Source: Gammaproteobacteria bacterium (GTDB lineage: Bacteria > Pseudomonadota > Gammaproteobacteria > Eutrophobiales > Eutrophobiaceae). From it: DNA of 64,000 nt. The position numbers and the translations under genes were made by a program. The notes beneath the pieces are model-generated. The model did no database searches. It had not been told where the DNA came from and saw only the letters and a program-made list of their open reading frames with translations. Shown piece by piece: positions 51,505 to 61,122 of this stretch. The stretch's first letter is position 1. The number at the start of each line of letters is the position of its first letter. The stretch spans positions 2,254,356-2,318,355 of the forward strand of contig OZ251218.1 of NCBI GenBank assembly GCA_965240365.1. The letters are read 5' to 3'.

Positions 51505-52509
51505 ATGAGAATCCCGCTTGCGACCCTGCTCTTGTGCCTCGCCGCCGGCGCCGCCCCGGCGGCGGACATATCCGGCGTAAGCACGGCCAGGCTGGCCGAT
51601 ATCGCGCTCTACCCGGAGCGCTCGGCGCCGGCCACGGTGGTCAGCCTGAACCGGAGCATCATCAGCGCCAGGATCAACGCCCAGGTTGAAGCCCTGCCCG
51701 TCAAGGTCGGCGATGTGGTGGAAAAGGGCCGGCTGCTGGCCGAACTGGATTGCAGCGATTATGAACTTGCCACGGCCGAGGCCGAGGCCCGGCTGGATGT
51801 GCTGCAAGCCCGGATCGGGCTGGCCCGGCGTCAGCTTGAGCGGACCAGGACGCTGAGCCTGCGACAATCGGTGGCCGAGGAGTTGCTGGATGAGCGGGAA
51901 GCGGCCCTGGCCGTGCTGGCCGGTGAACGGCGCGCGGCCCGGGCCGGACTGGACCGCGCCAGACTGCAAGGCGCGCGCTGCCGGATCACAAGCCCGTTCC
52001 GGGCGCTGGTCAGCCAAAGGCTGAGCGCCATCGGCCAATACGCCGCGACCGGCACGGCCCTGCTTGAGATTATTGACCTGGATCGGCTGGAACTCTCGGC
52101 CCAGATCTTTAACCGTGACAGCGCGCAAATCCTGACCACGGACGCGCTATATTTTGAACACGCCAGGCGGCGCTATCCGCTCAAGCTCAGGGTCATCAGC
52201 CCCGCGATCAACAGCGAGACGCGCAACCGCGAGGCGCGCCTCTTGTTTGCGGCCGAGCCGGCCCTGCCGGGCGCGGCCGGCAAATTGATCTGGCGCGATA
52301 AGCGCCCGCATATCCCGGCCCGGTATCTGCTCAGGCGGGGCGGCGAACTGGGGGTCTTCGTGGTCGAAAACGGCGCCGCGCGCTTTGTCGCCATCGCGGG
52401 CGCCCAGACCGGGCGCGCCAGCCCGACTTTATTGGCGCCGGAAACGCGCATCGCCGTGGAGGGGCAGTTTGCGCTGACTCAGGGCGACCCCGTTGACAGC
52501 GGCGATTGA
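51505..52509 (+). CDS. RND efflux periplasmic adaptor (membrane fusion protein, HlyD/AcrA family)
   Basis: Signal peptide, coiled-coil hairpin (ATAEAEARLDVLQARIGLARRQLERTRTL), beta-barrel/MP domains; stop overlaps the RND pump gene region. Confidence 0.8.
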   Translation: MRIPLATLLLCLAAGAAPAADISGVSTARLADIALYPERSAPATVVSLNRSIISARINAQVEALPVKVGDVVEKGRLLAELDCSDYELATAEAEARLDVLQARIGLARRQLERTRTLSLRQSVAEELLDEREAALAVLAGERRAARAGLDRARLQGARCRITSPFRALVSQRLSAIGQYAATGTALLEIIDLDRLELSAQIFNRDSAQILTTDALYFEHARRRYPLKLRVISPAINSETRNREARLLFAAEPALPGAAGKLIWRDKRPHIPARYLLRRGGELGVFVVENGAARFVAIAGAQTGRASPTLLAPETRIAVEGQFALTQGDPVDSGD

Positions 52510-52520
52510 GTGAGCGCGCG

Positions 52521-55500
52521 ATGTCCCGCCTGGAAGGTTTTTTAGACAATCACGTACTGGCCAACCTGAGCTTTTGTCTGATCCTGATCACCGGCTTTTT
52601 TTCCTACGCGCAAATGCCCCGCGCCAAGGACCCGGAGATCAACTTCAACTGGGTCAGCATCGTGATATTTCTGCCCGGCGCTGCGGCGGAGGACATCGAA
52701 AAACGGGTGACCGACCCGATCGAAGCGGCCATCCGCCGCGCCGTCCAGGATCTGCGTTTTGTCTCCAGCACCAGCCGCGAGGGCCTGGCGAGCCTGTTGC
52801 TGCGCTTTGACCAGATCGATGAACGCACCTTTGACAAGCGCCTGGCCGACTTGCGCCGGGAGGTGCAAAACACCTATACCGATGAACTGCCGGCGGAGGC
52901 CAAAGACCCGATTATCTTTGAGATCACGACCTCGAACGCCTTCCCGGCGGCGACCGTGGTCGTGACCGGCGCCGGCGCGGATGAAAACCTCAGAAAACAG
53001 ACCCGCAATATCAAAAAAGACATTGAACTGATCCAAGGCGTGGACCGCATCAATGACCTCGGTCTCGACGATCCGGAGTTGCATATCCGCTTCCTGCCCG
53101 AGCGGTTGCAGGGCCTCGGCATCACGCCGGCCGATCTGGCCGACACCATCAGCCAGTATTTCCGCGATATTGCCGCCGGCGACAGCAAGACCGGCGACGG
53201 TCAGTGGATCGTGCGCCTGCAAGGCACGGCGGCCGATCTTGAGACCCTCGCCGAGTATCCGATCATGAGCGCCCGCGGCGTGGTGCCGCTCGGCAACCTG
53301 GCCGAACTGGCGCGCGCCACGGAAGAGCCGGCCGAGATCGTGCGCTTTAACGGCCAACCGGCCGCCCTGCTCGCCATCACCAAGCAGGCCGGCGCCAACG
53401 CGCTGGAACTGGTGGATGCCGTGGCGGATTACATCAACGCGAAAAATAAACTCAGCGATGCCACCGGGGTCAGGCTGGCGCTGGTTGACGACCAGACCGT
53501 GAGCACCCGCCGGGCGCTGGCGCTCATGCAAAAGAACGCCCTGATCGGTCTGGTGCTGGTGCTGCTGGTCACCTGGGCCTTCCTCGGCGCCCGTATCGCG
53601 CTGCTGACCAGCATCGGCATCCCCTTCACGCTGGCCGGGACCTTCCTGCTGCTAAACGCCGGCGGCATGTCGCTGAACAATACGGTATTGCTCGGGGTCG
53701 TTATCGCGCTGGGCATGATCGTGGACGATGCCGTGGTGGTGGTGGAGGCGATCTATCAACGCCTGCAGGCCGGCAGTCCGGCCATGCAGGCCGCCAGCGG
53801 GGGGCTGGTGGAGGTCTTTGCGCCCGTGACCACCTCGGTGCTGACCACCATGGCCGTATTTCTGCCACTGGCGCTGTTGCCCGGCATCCTGGGCGAATTT
53901 ATGAAGGTGATCCCGATCGTGGTCACGCTGGCGCTGGCCTTCAGCCTGGTCGAGGCTTACTGGATGTTGCCGGCGCATGTGAACGCCAGCCGGATCAGTT
54001 ATGCCCGGCCGGCCCGCCGGCGGGCGTTGAGAGGCGCGGCCCTGCACTGGATCAGGCTGAAATACACGCGCCTTTTATTAAAGGCATTGCGTTATCCGCT
54101 GATCTCGATCGCGGCCGTGCTGCTGGTGTTCATGCTGGCCGTGGCGACCGTGGCGGGCGGCCATATACGCTTTAATTTCTTTGAGGCCGACAAGACCAGC
54201 CTGTTTTACGTCAATGTTGAAATGGAGCGTGGCTCGACCCTGGCGCAAACCAGCGCAAAATTGCTTGAGATCGAACAACAGGCGCTGGCGGAGATCGGGG
54301 CGGAAGAACTGCGGGCGACGGTCAGCTATGCCGGACAGCAGTTTACCGAAACGGAACCGCTGTTTGGCGATACGATCGGCCAGGTCATGGTCAGTCTCAA
54401 TCCGACCGGGGCGAACGGGCGCCCGGTCGATGCCATCGCCGATGCGGTTGAAGAGGCATTGGCGGATACGCCCGGCATCGCCAATATCTCGCTGTTGCGG
54501 ATGCAGGACGGCCCGCCCACGACCCGGCCCGTCAGTATCAAGATCCGGGGCGACGAGTACGCCGAAATCAGGCGGGCCGCGGAGCGCCTGAGCGATTTTC
54601 TGGAGACGCGGGAGAATTTCAGCAATATCACCCTTGATTACCGGCCGGGCAATCCTGAACTGGTGCTACGCTATGACGGCGAGGCCATCAAGCGGGCCGG
54701 CCTCAACCCGGCCACGCTCAGCCGCAGTATCCGCGCCTTTGTGGACGGTGAAATCGTGGCCGAGTTTCAGGATGAAGGCGAGGAAGTGAAGCTGCGGCTG
54801 CTGGCCAAAGATAATGACTGGCCCGATATTGAGGCGCTGCTGCGGCAACCGCTGTCGTTGCCGGGCGGGCGCTCGATCGCCATCGGCGAACTGGTTACGG
54901 CCGAATACGGGTTCGGGCAATACAACATACGGCATTATAACTTCCGCCGCACCATCACCCTGGAGGCGGACATTGACAAGGAGCGCATTGACACGGTCAC
55001 GGCCAACAACCTGATCATGCGGGAATGGCAGCGCCTGCAAGGCGACTATCCCGGCATTGACCTTGATTTCTCCGGCGAACTCGACGATATCAAGGAGAGC
55101 ATTGACGCCATGGCCATGTTGTTTCTGCTCGGAATCGGCGTGATCTATATCATCCTCGGCACCCAGTTCCGCAGTTATTTTCAACCGCTGATGATACTGG
55201 TGTCGGTGCCATTGGCATTTACCGGGGTGGTGCTGGGCCTGCTGGTGACCAATAACCCGCTCAGCCTTTATACGCTGTACGGTATCATTGCCCTGTCCGG
55301 CATCGCCGTCAACGCGGCCATCGTCCTGATCTCCGCGGCCAATGCCCGCCTGAAAAACGGCATGAACCTGTTACACGCGACCGTTTATGCGGCCCGGCGG
55401 CGCGTTATCCCGGTGCTGATCACCTCCGTCACCACTATCGCCGGCCTGTTCTCGCTGGCGGCGGGGCTCGCGGGCAAATCGCTCATCTGGGGGCCGGTGG

Positions 55501-55613
55501 CAACGGCCATAGTCTGGGGCCTCGCGTTTTCCACCATACTGACCCTGTTCGTCATCCCGCTGCTGTACCGGATGTTTATGCGTTTTAGCCGCTATGGTCA
55601 GCGAATCGTCTAA
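52521..55613 (+). CDS. RND efflux inner-membrane transporter (AcrB/HAE family)
   Basis: About 1030 aa, 12 TM with two large periplasmic loops; N-terminal MSRLEGFLDNHVLANLSFCLILITG; ATG 52521 (TTG 52506 possible). Confidence 0.9.
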   Translation: MSRLEGFLDNHVLANLSFCLILITGFFSYAQMPRAKDPEINFNWVSIVIFLPGAAAEDIEKRVTDPIEAAIRRAVQDLRFVSSTSREGLASLLLRFDQIDERTFDKRLADLRREVQNTYTDELPAEAKDPIIFEITTSNAFPAATVVVTGAGADENLRKQTRNIKKDIELIQGVDRINDLGLDDPELHIRFLPERLQGLGITPADLADTISQYFRDIAAGDSKTGDGQWIVRLQGTAADLETLAEYPIMSARGVVPLGNLAELARATEEPAEIVRFNGQPAALLAITKQAGANALELVDAVADYINAKNKLSDATGVRLALVDDQTVSTRRALALMQKNALIGLVLVLLVTWAFLGARIALLTSIGIPFTLAGTFLLLNAGGMSLNNTVLLGVVIALGMIVDDAVVVVEAIYQRLQAGSPAMQAASGGLVEVFAPVTTSVLTTMAVFLPLALLPGILGEFMKVIPIVVTLALAFSLVEAYWMLPAHVNASRISYARPARRRALRGAALHWIRLKYTRLLLKALRYPLISIAAVLLVFMLAVATVAGGHIRFNFFEADKTSLFYVNVEMERGSTLAQTSAKLLEIEQQALAEIGAEELRATVSYAGQQFTETEPLFGDTIGQVMVSLNPTGANGRPVDAIADAVEEALADTPGIANISLLRMQDGPPTTRPVSIKIRGDEYAEIRRAAERLSDFLETRENFSNITLDYRPGNPELVLRYDGEAIKRAGLNPATLSRSIRAFVDGEIVAEFQDEGEEVKLRLLAKDNDWPDIEALLRQPLSLPGGRSIAIGELVTAEYGFGQYNIRHYNFRRTITLEADIDKERIDTVTANNLIMREWQRLQGDYPGIDLDFSGELDDIKESIDAMAMLFLLGIGVIYIILGTQFRSYFQPLMILVSVPLAFTGVVLGLLVTNNPLSLYTLYGIIALSGIAVNAAIVLISAANARLKNGMNLLHATVYAARRRVIPVLITSVTTIAGLFSLAAGLAGKSLIWGPVATAIVWGLAFSTILTLFVIPLLYRMFMRFSRYGQRIV

Positions 55614-55933
55614 CGCGGGATGATGCGGTTGCTGTTACCGATATTCTTTACCACGCCATCGGCGATAGCCAACTGGGTATATTTGAAAATCTTGTCGGAT
55701 TCGCCCTGCCGCACCAGGGATTCGTAGAGCCAGAATTCGAAATTATTTTTTTTTGTGATGCTGACCGGTTCGCCGATGGCCTTCTTTATGTCCTCAATCG
55801 GGTTATCCAGCACCATCCTGAGAAATTCCGCCTCGGCATAGGGTCTTGAGCCGGAGTCTGCCTGGGCGTAAATACCGCCAAAACTGAAAATAACGCCCAA
55901 AACGCAGGAAAGTATTTTTTTGTTGGATATCAT
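55610..55933 (-). CDS. Hypothetical secreted protein (107 aa), possible BamE/SmpA_OmlA-like fold
   Basis: Signal peptide KKILSCVLGVIFSFGGIYA; lower GC than flanks. Confidence 0.45.
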   Translation of the reverse strand: MISNKKILSCVLGVIFSFGGIYAQADSGSRPYAEAEFLRMVLDNPIEDIKKAIGEPVSITKKNNFEFWLYESLVRQGESDKIFKYTQLAIADGVVKNIGNSNRIIPR

Positions 55934-55955
55934 GCTCGTGTTCCTTATCTAAGGT

Positions 55956-56483
55956 TTATCTGGAGTTGGCCTGCAATCGCCCTTCTATGATATTTTGCAC
56001 CGCGGCTTCGTGCGCCACGCCCTGCGCCCTGAGATTGAAATAATGCTGGCAATAACTGCCATAGACCGTCATGGTGCCCTCGGAAGGTATCTTTGCAAAA
56101 TCCGCCATAAACCGTTCCAGTTCAATCGACAGGCCGTTCTCCGCCAGCATTTTAAAGGTCTGCATCGTGCGGTTGGCCAGCATTCTGGTGCTTTCGGTAT
56201 AATGACTGTTGAGTTGAAGCAACAGCGTCCTGATCTCTTCACGGCCTTCATATTCGGCCGGGTCAACCTTGTATATTTTATATATCAGCCAGTCCGCGGG
56301 TTCTACGCTTTCCTCCATGGTGAGAAAATCAATATCCAGTAAAACCTTTTGATTGTCCGCGAGACTGGTGTTGCCGGCCGAATCGTCAGCCTCGTCCGAA
56401 TAGGAATCCTGCCCGTCAAAGCAACCGGAAAATATCAGGACCGCAAGCCATGCGGTGATGTGCCGTCTGAAAAAATGATTCAT
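55956..56483 (-). CDS. Hypothetical lipoprotein (175 aa)
   Basis: Signal peptide with lipobox LIFSGC; lower GC. Confidence 0.45.
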   Translation of the reverse strand: MNHFFRRHITAWLAVLIFSGCFDGQDSYSDEADDSAGNTSLADNQKVLLDIDFLTMEESVEPADWLIYKIYKVDPAEYEGREEIRTLLLQLNSHYTESTRMLANRTMQTFKMLAENGLSIELERFMADFAKIPSEGTMTVYGSYCQHYFNLRAQGVAHEAAVQNIIEGRLQANSR

Positions 56484-56660
56484 ATTTTTTATGCAAACAA
56501 CAACTAAATAAATGTTATTGTTGGCCCCGTGGCGTGATTGTGGTTGTTCAGAGTAAGCGATCCCGCGCTTAAATGATAGTGTATTTTCTCATAAAAAATT
56601 GATGAATTATTCCTTATAAAGCCGGGAAATTTACCGGCTTGCCCAATCGTGGGGCATTTT

Positions 56661-57074
56661 ATGGATACAATAATCGAAAATCTGTTTGCCTTCGTGCTCA
56701 CGGCAATGAATTTTCAGGGCGAGATAAACCCGCCGGAATTGGTCGGCATCTCAAAGGAAGAGATTGAAACGGCAGTTTGTGGCGGCAGGACCTGCCCCGC
56801 GATCGCCTATTATGACGATATTTCAGAAAGGGTTTATATTCTTGAATCGATCAATCTGAAAACCAGTATCAGCGGCCGCAGTTATGTCCTGCATGAAATG
56901 GTCCATCATGTGCAAAAATCCGTTCATAAGCTCACGGCAAAGAATATTGACTGCAATAAAAGGCTGGCGCTGGAACGCGAGGCCTATCAAATCCAGATGG
57001 ACTACCTGATATCCAAGCGGGAAAATCCGTTTCATATCCGCTATATACTCAGCAGATTGCCCTATAACTGCTGA
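56661..57074 (+). CDS. Hypothetical cytoplasmic protein with HExxH zinc-metallopeptidase-like motif (LHEMVHHVQ)
   Basis: 137 aa from ATG 56661 (GTG 56649 in ORF track); GC about 47%. Confidence 0.45.
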   Translation: MDTIIENLFAFVLTAMNFQGEINPPELVGISKEEIETAVCGGRTCPAIAYYDDISERVYILESINLKTSISGRSYVLHEMVHHVQKSVHKLTAKNIDCNKRLALEREAYQIQMDYLISKRENPFHIRYILSRLPYNC

Positions 57075-57095
57075 CGCCGGGCGGCCGGCATACGC

Positions 57096-57434
57096 TCAAT
57101 ATCGGGGTATATTGGCCTTGATAATCTTCCAGCTTTGCTCCGCGCCGTCTGCCAGCACGCGCGAGCAGCCCAGTTCGCTGGGTTCGGCATTCGGCTTCAG
57201 CACGATAACGGAACGCCCGGCCTGACGCACATCTTGAAAAAACCGGTCTAAGTGGACCTCAATGCTGTGTTGCCGGTTGCTGGACCGCACCAATATCATC
57301 TTCCCGTTATTGTCGGAGCATTGCGGATGCGGCTGCTCTATGATTTGTATATCCTTGACAAGATCGGCGGCCTGGGCAAACAGGCTTGCGCAGCATATTG
57401 CGCTCATAAGAACATAACGGCTGATATTGATCAT
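57096..57434 (-). CDS. Hypothetical secreted protein (112 aa)
   Basis: Signal peptide MSAICCASLFAQA; two Cys; lower GC. Confidence 0.4.
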   Translation of the reverse strand: MINISRYVLMSAICCASLFAQAADLVKDIQIIEQPHPQCSDNNGKMILVRSSNRQHSIEVHLDRFFQDVRQAGRSVIVLKPNAEPSELGCSRVLADGAEQSWKIIKANIPRY

Positions 57435-57497
57435 GTTATTTCGCTCAATGGTTAACGTTAAAAGTGATTGCGGGGCGCGCTCAGCTGGCCGCCCGCC

Positions 57498-58163
57498 TTA
57501 TTTGTTCGCTTCCGGCAACGGCGCCTTGCGCGTGATATTAAACCGGTAGCCCAGATGCACCAGCCCGGCGGTACTGTCTATATTGAGCTTGGCCTTGATC
57601 TTGGTAATGTAATTGCTGACCGATTTGGAACTCAGATGCAAGGTTGCGGCTATCTGCGAAATATTATTGCCGTTTACCAGCATATCAAATATTTCATATT
57701 CCTTGGCCGTCAGGGCATCCAGCCTGCTTTGCGCCGGCTTGAGTTTATCCAGCGCGAGCGTCTGCGCAATGTCGCGCGACAGATAGATATTGCCCGCCAG
57801 TACGGTGTTTACGGCCTCGATAATTTTGGCGGGCGCGGCAGTTTTACCGATATAGCCCTGCACGCCGGCATTCAGCGCGCGGGAGACGATGCTGGAGTCA
57901 TCATACATCGAAAAGACGATGATTTTCGTCTCCGTATTTTTTTTCCTGATACGCCGTATCATTCCGAGGCCGCCCATGCCCGGCATGGCGATATCGACCA
58001 TGACCAGATCCGGCTTTTCCTTGAACGCCAGCCGCATGCCCTCTTCACAGTCTGTCGCGGTGGAAATCGGCCCGAAGCCGTTTTGTTTTAACAGGGCGGA
58101 ACAGCCATCAACGATAATGGCATGATCATCTATCAGTAATATGGATTGTTTGGCATGGGCCAT
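57498..58163 (-). CDS. NarL/FixJ-family response regulator (REC + LuxR HTH)
   Basis: ILLIDDH...DLVMVDIAMPGMGG receiver domain; C-terminal LTAKEYEIFDMLVNGNNISQIAATLHLSSKSVSNYITKIKAKL LuxR-type HTH; start at ATG 58163 (ORF track 58268). Confidence 0.85.
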   Translation of the reverse strand: MAHAKQSILLIDDHAIIVDGCSALLKQNGFGPISTATDCEEGMRLAFKEKPDLVMVDIAMPGMGGLGMIRRIRKKNTETKIIVFSMYDDSSIVSRALNAGVQGYIGKTAAPAKIIEAVNTVLAGNIYLSRDIAQTLALDKLKPAQSRLDALTAKEYEIFDMLVNGNNISQIAATLHLSSKSVSNYITKIKAKLNIDSTAGLVHLGYRFNITRKAPLPEANK

Positions 58164-58345
58164 GAGAAATGTATCCAGAGCAAGCAATAAGCCGGCCAGA
58201 CCGGCGGTCATACACGGGCATGTCGGTGAAATATTCTGCATCATAATCGGGAATATTTCAAAAGGCATGACGCGCGTTACGCTGCTGTCCCGCGCTGCCG
58301 ATCAAATGCGTCGCCACGGGCGGCCGCCTGAGCCCGGCAATATTA

Positions 58346-58628
58346 GGGCCTGTTAACACTATTTTAGCAGTGCCTGTTGTGCCCCAAACTGCGCCAATCA
58401 AGGCGCGCGGAGCGAAATTTGGTCATTCCAAATGAGCGACCTGCCTGCAGCAGGCAGGCAACAACGCCGAGTGGCGCAGTTTGGGGCACAACCCGGAGGG
58501 CTTGGCCTGTTTTGCGCCCAGCTTCGTTGTCAGTCGCTTGAGTAGCGCAACTACACTGCGCTTCTTCCGCCTTGCTGGCGCGCAAAACAGACTCAAGCAG
58601 GGACTGCTAAAATAGTGTTAACAGGCCC
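58346..58628. mobile_element. MITE family C (283 bp) with 31-bp terminal inverted repeats and a TA target-site duplication, inserted between the response-regulator and histidine-kinase genes
   Basis: Left end gggcctgttaacactattttagcagtgcctg, right end cagggactgctaaaatagtgttaacaggccc (1 mismatch); nested inverted repeats gtgccccaaactgcgcc / ggcgcagtttggggcac. Flanking TA on both sides; the right TA is part of the kinase TAG stop. Confidence 0.7.
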
Positions 58629-60007
58629 TAGCTGAGCGGAATATCCGCTGTTATCCTGAGCCCGCCCTTTGGGGGCGCAGACAACAGGAATCTGCCGCTC
58701 AGGGCCTCGACCCTCTCGCGCATGCCGATCAGTCCGAAACCGTGACTGGCGCCGGCCGGGATGCCTTTGCCGTCATCCTCAATCAGGATATGCAGGCGCT
58801 TTTTATCGGGCCTGGCGTCACTGCCTGTCTGCATGGCCGCCGTATCCGCGCCCTGGCTGGAGACCCATATCTTCACATTTTCCGCCTCGGCATGGTGGAT
58901 TATATTGCTTACGCCTTCCTGGACAATGCGATAAAGCGTCACCTTGATCGTGTCACTCAGATGCTCTTCATCAAGTTCAGTCAGGTCCAGCTCCCATTTT
59001 AGCGGCAGCCCGCGGACTTCCCTGCTTTCGATCAACGCGCCGAGCGCCTCCTTTATGCTTAAATCATCCAGCACCAGGGGGCGCAGCCTGCCGAGCAATG
59101 CCCGCATCTGCTGCTGTAGCTCACTGACACGATTATCTATGGCGGCCAATTCGTTTCCCGCCTGTTGTATTTGATTATCATCCAGCAGCGCGTTTATCCT
59201 GGCGGCAGTGGCCCGGATCCCAAACAGATGCGGCGCCATCTCATCATGCAGTTCCCGCGCCAGCGCGCGCCGTTCCTCTTCCTGTAGATTGAGCATTTTT
59301 CGGGCCAGCAATGCATTATCTTCGGCGGCGCGGCGCAACAGCATGAGCAGGTGATTAAACTTCCGGTTTATCCGGGACAGTTCCGGCGCCGCCTGCTCGC
59401 TCAGTTTGTGATCAAACGAACCGGCTTCAAGTTTGCTAAAAGCCGCGAGCAGGTCATTAAGGGGCCGAAGTCCAATATAAAGCCCTATGTAGGTGAGTAG
59501 AATGACAAAAAACAAAAAAACGAACGCGCCGGTCGTGCGAATACGAAAATCCTCCCAGCGCGCTATGATTTCAGCGCTCGGATCGGCTTCAATAACGATG
59601 GAAGAAAAGCGATTCGGGCCTGCAAGCGTGAGGCTGGGCAAAGGCCCCGCATCAGGATATAAAAATCCCGCAAACCAGTCTGGCACGCCGGCCTCTTTAA
59701 CTGCCTCTGCCTTGTCTGCAAAACGGCCGCTGTGATCGGGTTTAACGATAATGTTGATATGCCTGAGTCCTTGCAGGGCATCAATAATCGACTCGCCGGC
59801 CTCGCTGCTCAGCCTGGCCCCCGCTCCGGGCAGGTTATTGCCGGCCAGCCTTTCTGCGAGACTGAAACTGGCATCGACCTCTGATCGTATGGCCTGCTTC
59901 CAGTTATAGACCCGGAGCAGTCCCTCGCCGGTCAGGCTAAACAAAAAAACAGCGCCGATAATCAATAAAAGCCGTGTCTTCAGGGATATATTGCCAATGT
60001 TCGGCAT
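58628..60007 (-). CDS. Sensor histidine kinase, NarX/NarQ-like (HisKA_3 + HATPase_c)
   Basis: Two TM helices, HAMP, H-box ARELHDEMAPHL (HisKA_3), HATPase_c N/G boxes (IEDDGKGI, HGFGLIGMRER). Confidence 0.85.
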   Translation of the reverse strand: MPNIGNISLKTRLLLIIGAVFLFSLTGEGLLRVYNWKQAIRSEVDASFSLAERLAGNNLPGAGARLSSEAGESIIDALQGLRHINIIVKPDHSGRFADKAEAVKEAGVPDWFAGFLYPDAGPLPSLTLAGPNRFSSIVIEADPSAEIIARWEDFRIRTTGAFVFLFFVILLTYIGLYIGLRPLNDLLAAFSKLEAGSFDHKLSEQAAPELSRINRKFNHLLMLLRRAAEDNALLARKMLNLQEEERRALARELHDEMAPHLFGIRATAARINALLDDNQIQQAGNELAAIDNRVSELQQQMRALLGRLRPLVLDDLSIKEALGALIESREVRGLPLKWELDLTELDEEHLSDTIKVTLYRIVQEGVSNIIHHAEAENVKIWVSSQGADTAAMQTGSDARPDKKRLHILIEDDGKGIPAGASHGFGLIGMRERVEALSGRFLLSAPPKGGLRITADIPLS

Positions 60008-60065
60008 GGTTTTGGCCGGCGCCTTTTAATCGGGAAATTACAATTATAAGACAGGATTGTATTGA

Positions 60066-60214
60066 GGAAGCTCTGAATAAATCCATCCTGGATTTCTCAG
60101 AGCACGCAAGGTGAAAATGCGATTTTCACCTTGCTTCAAAATCAATGACTTGCATCATTGATTTTGGCGGTACGTCCCTGTACCGCAGGAAACTCTGACT
60201 CAATCAGAGCTTCC
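60066..60214. mobile_element. MITE family B copy (149 bp)
   Basis: 97% identical to 50937-51086; TTGA on both flanks (putative target-site duplication). Confidence 0.7.
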
Positions 60215-60617
60215 TTGAGCGAATACAGGCAATATTTCGGCGCCCGCATCCTGAAGTTTCCATGAGGAGGCGTGAAAAAAGTTTGCAGAATAACAGCTAC
60301 CAGGGCGGTAGCAGTGAATTCAATAAAAAACCATCACCCGGTCATAAACCAACGCCGCTTTCACTTGTCTGCAACCGGAATGATATTGTTGGATGGCGCC
60401 GGACGCGGCGGAATGAGGATTACCGGCCAATAGTTTTATACCGGACATTTTGCTGCCTTGCGGCAACGCCCGGCACTTGCGCGTTGAACGCTTTTTTATT
60501 CAGATTAGGGCTTGATTCGATTTAAGCCGCCAGGACCTTCATTCGCAGGCAGGGGCGTGGCCCCGCGGGCCATTAAGCCCGCTGCCTCCCCCGCGCTTTC
60601 AGCGCCCGGCCCTGCTG

Positions 60618-60836
60618 TCAGCGGCCCGGAAAGCCGCCCAGTACGATGTAATCACCGACATTGGACTTCAGCTTTCCGTTGCGATTGACCGCGCCGATTC
60701 GGCGGGGCGTGAAATCACCGGCCAGGGTATTTGAAAAGTCTTTTGAAATTCCGGTGATATTCAAAAATCTGAAAATACGGGCAATGAAAGACCACCCGCT
60801 CTGAGCGGACAGGCTGTTAGTGATTGATGAATTCAT
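60618..60836 (-). CDS. Small hypothetical protein (72 aa) downstream of the ECF sigma/anti-sigma pair
   Basis: ATG with GGAG 8 nt upstream; no recognisable domain. Confidence 0.3.
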   Translation of the reverse strand: MNSSITNSLSAQSGWSFIARIFRFLNITGISKDFSNTLAGDFTPRRIGAVNRNGKLKSNVGDYIVLGGFPGR

Positions 60837-61122
60837 GGTTTTACTCCGTTATTCTTAAAATATCTCATTGATACTGTAATAACGGTTGAGGGCGGGGTTT
60901 TATTCCCTGATTTTTAAAAAAATCAGAAATATATTTTGAAAATCCTGAAACAGGGAGTAATCAGAGGGCGGGGCCGGCGCCTGCGGCTGGGAAAAAGGTC
61001 TGGGAAAAGGCGGCTTGAGCGGCCGAGCCGGCCAAGCCCGCCGCCTTTACAGGCGGACAGGCTTTACTGGCTTTAACGGCTTTACGGGTTCTTGGACGGT
61101 GCCACAGGCTTCACATTCCGGG

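Noticed and set aside
51232-52128. 298-aa minus-strand ORF antisense to the RND adaptor gene
   Set aside because: Gly/Arg/Pro-rich high-GC antisense artefact; the plus-strand adaptor has clear family features
52542-53531. 329-aa minus-strand ORF inside the RND pump gene
   Set aside because: Antisense shadow ORF typical of high-GC DNA; the plus-strand AcrB-family product is unambiguous
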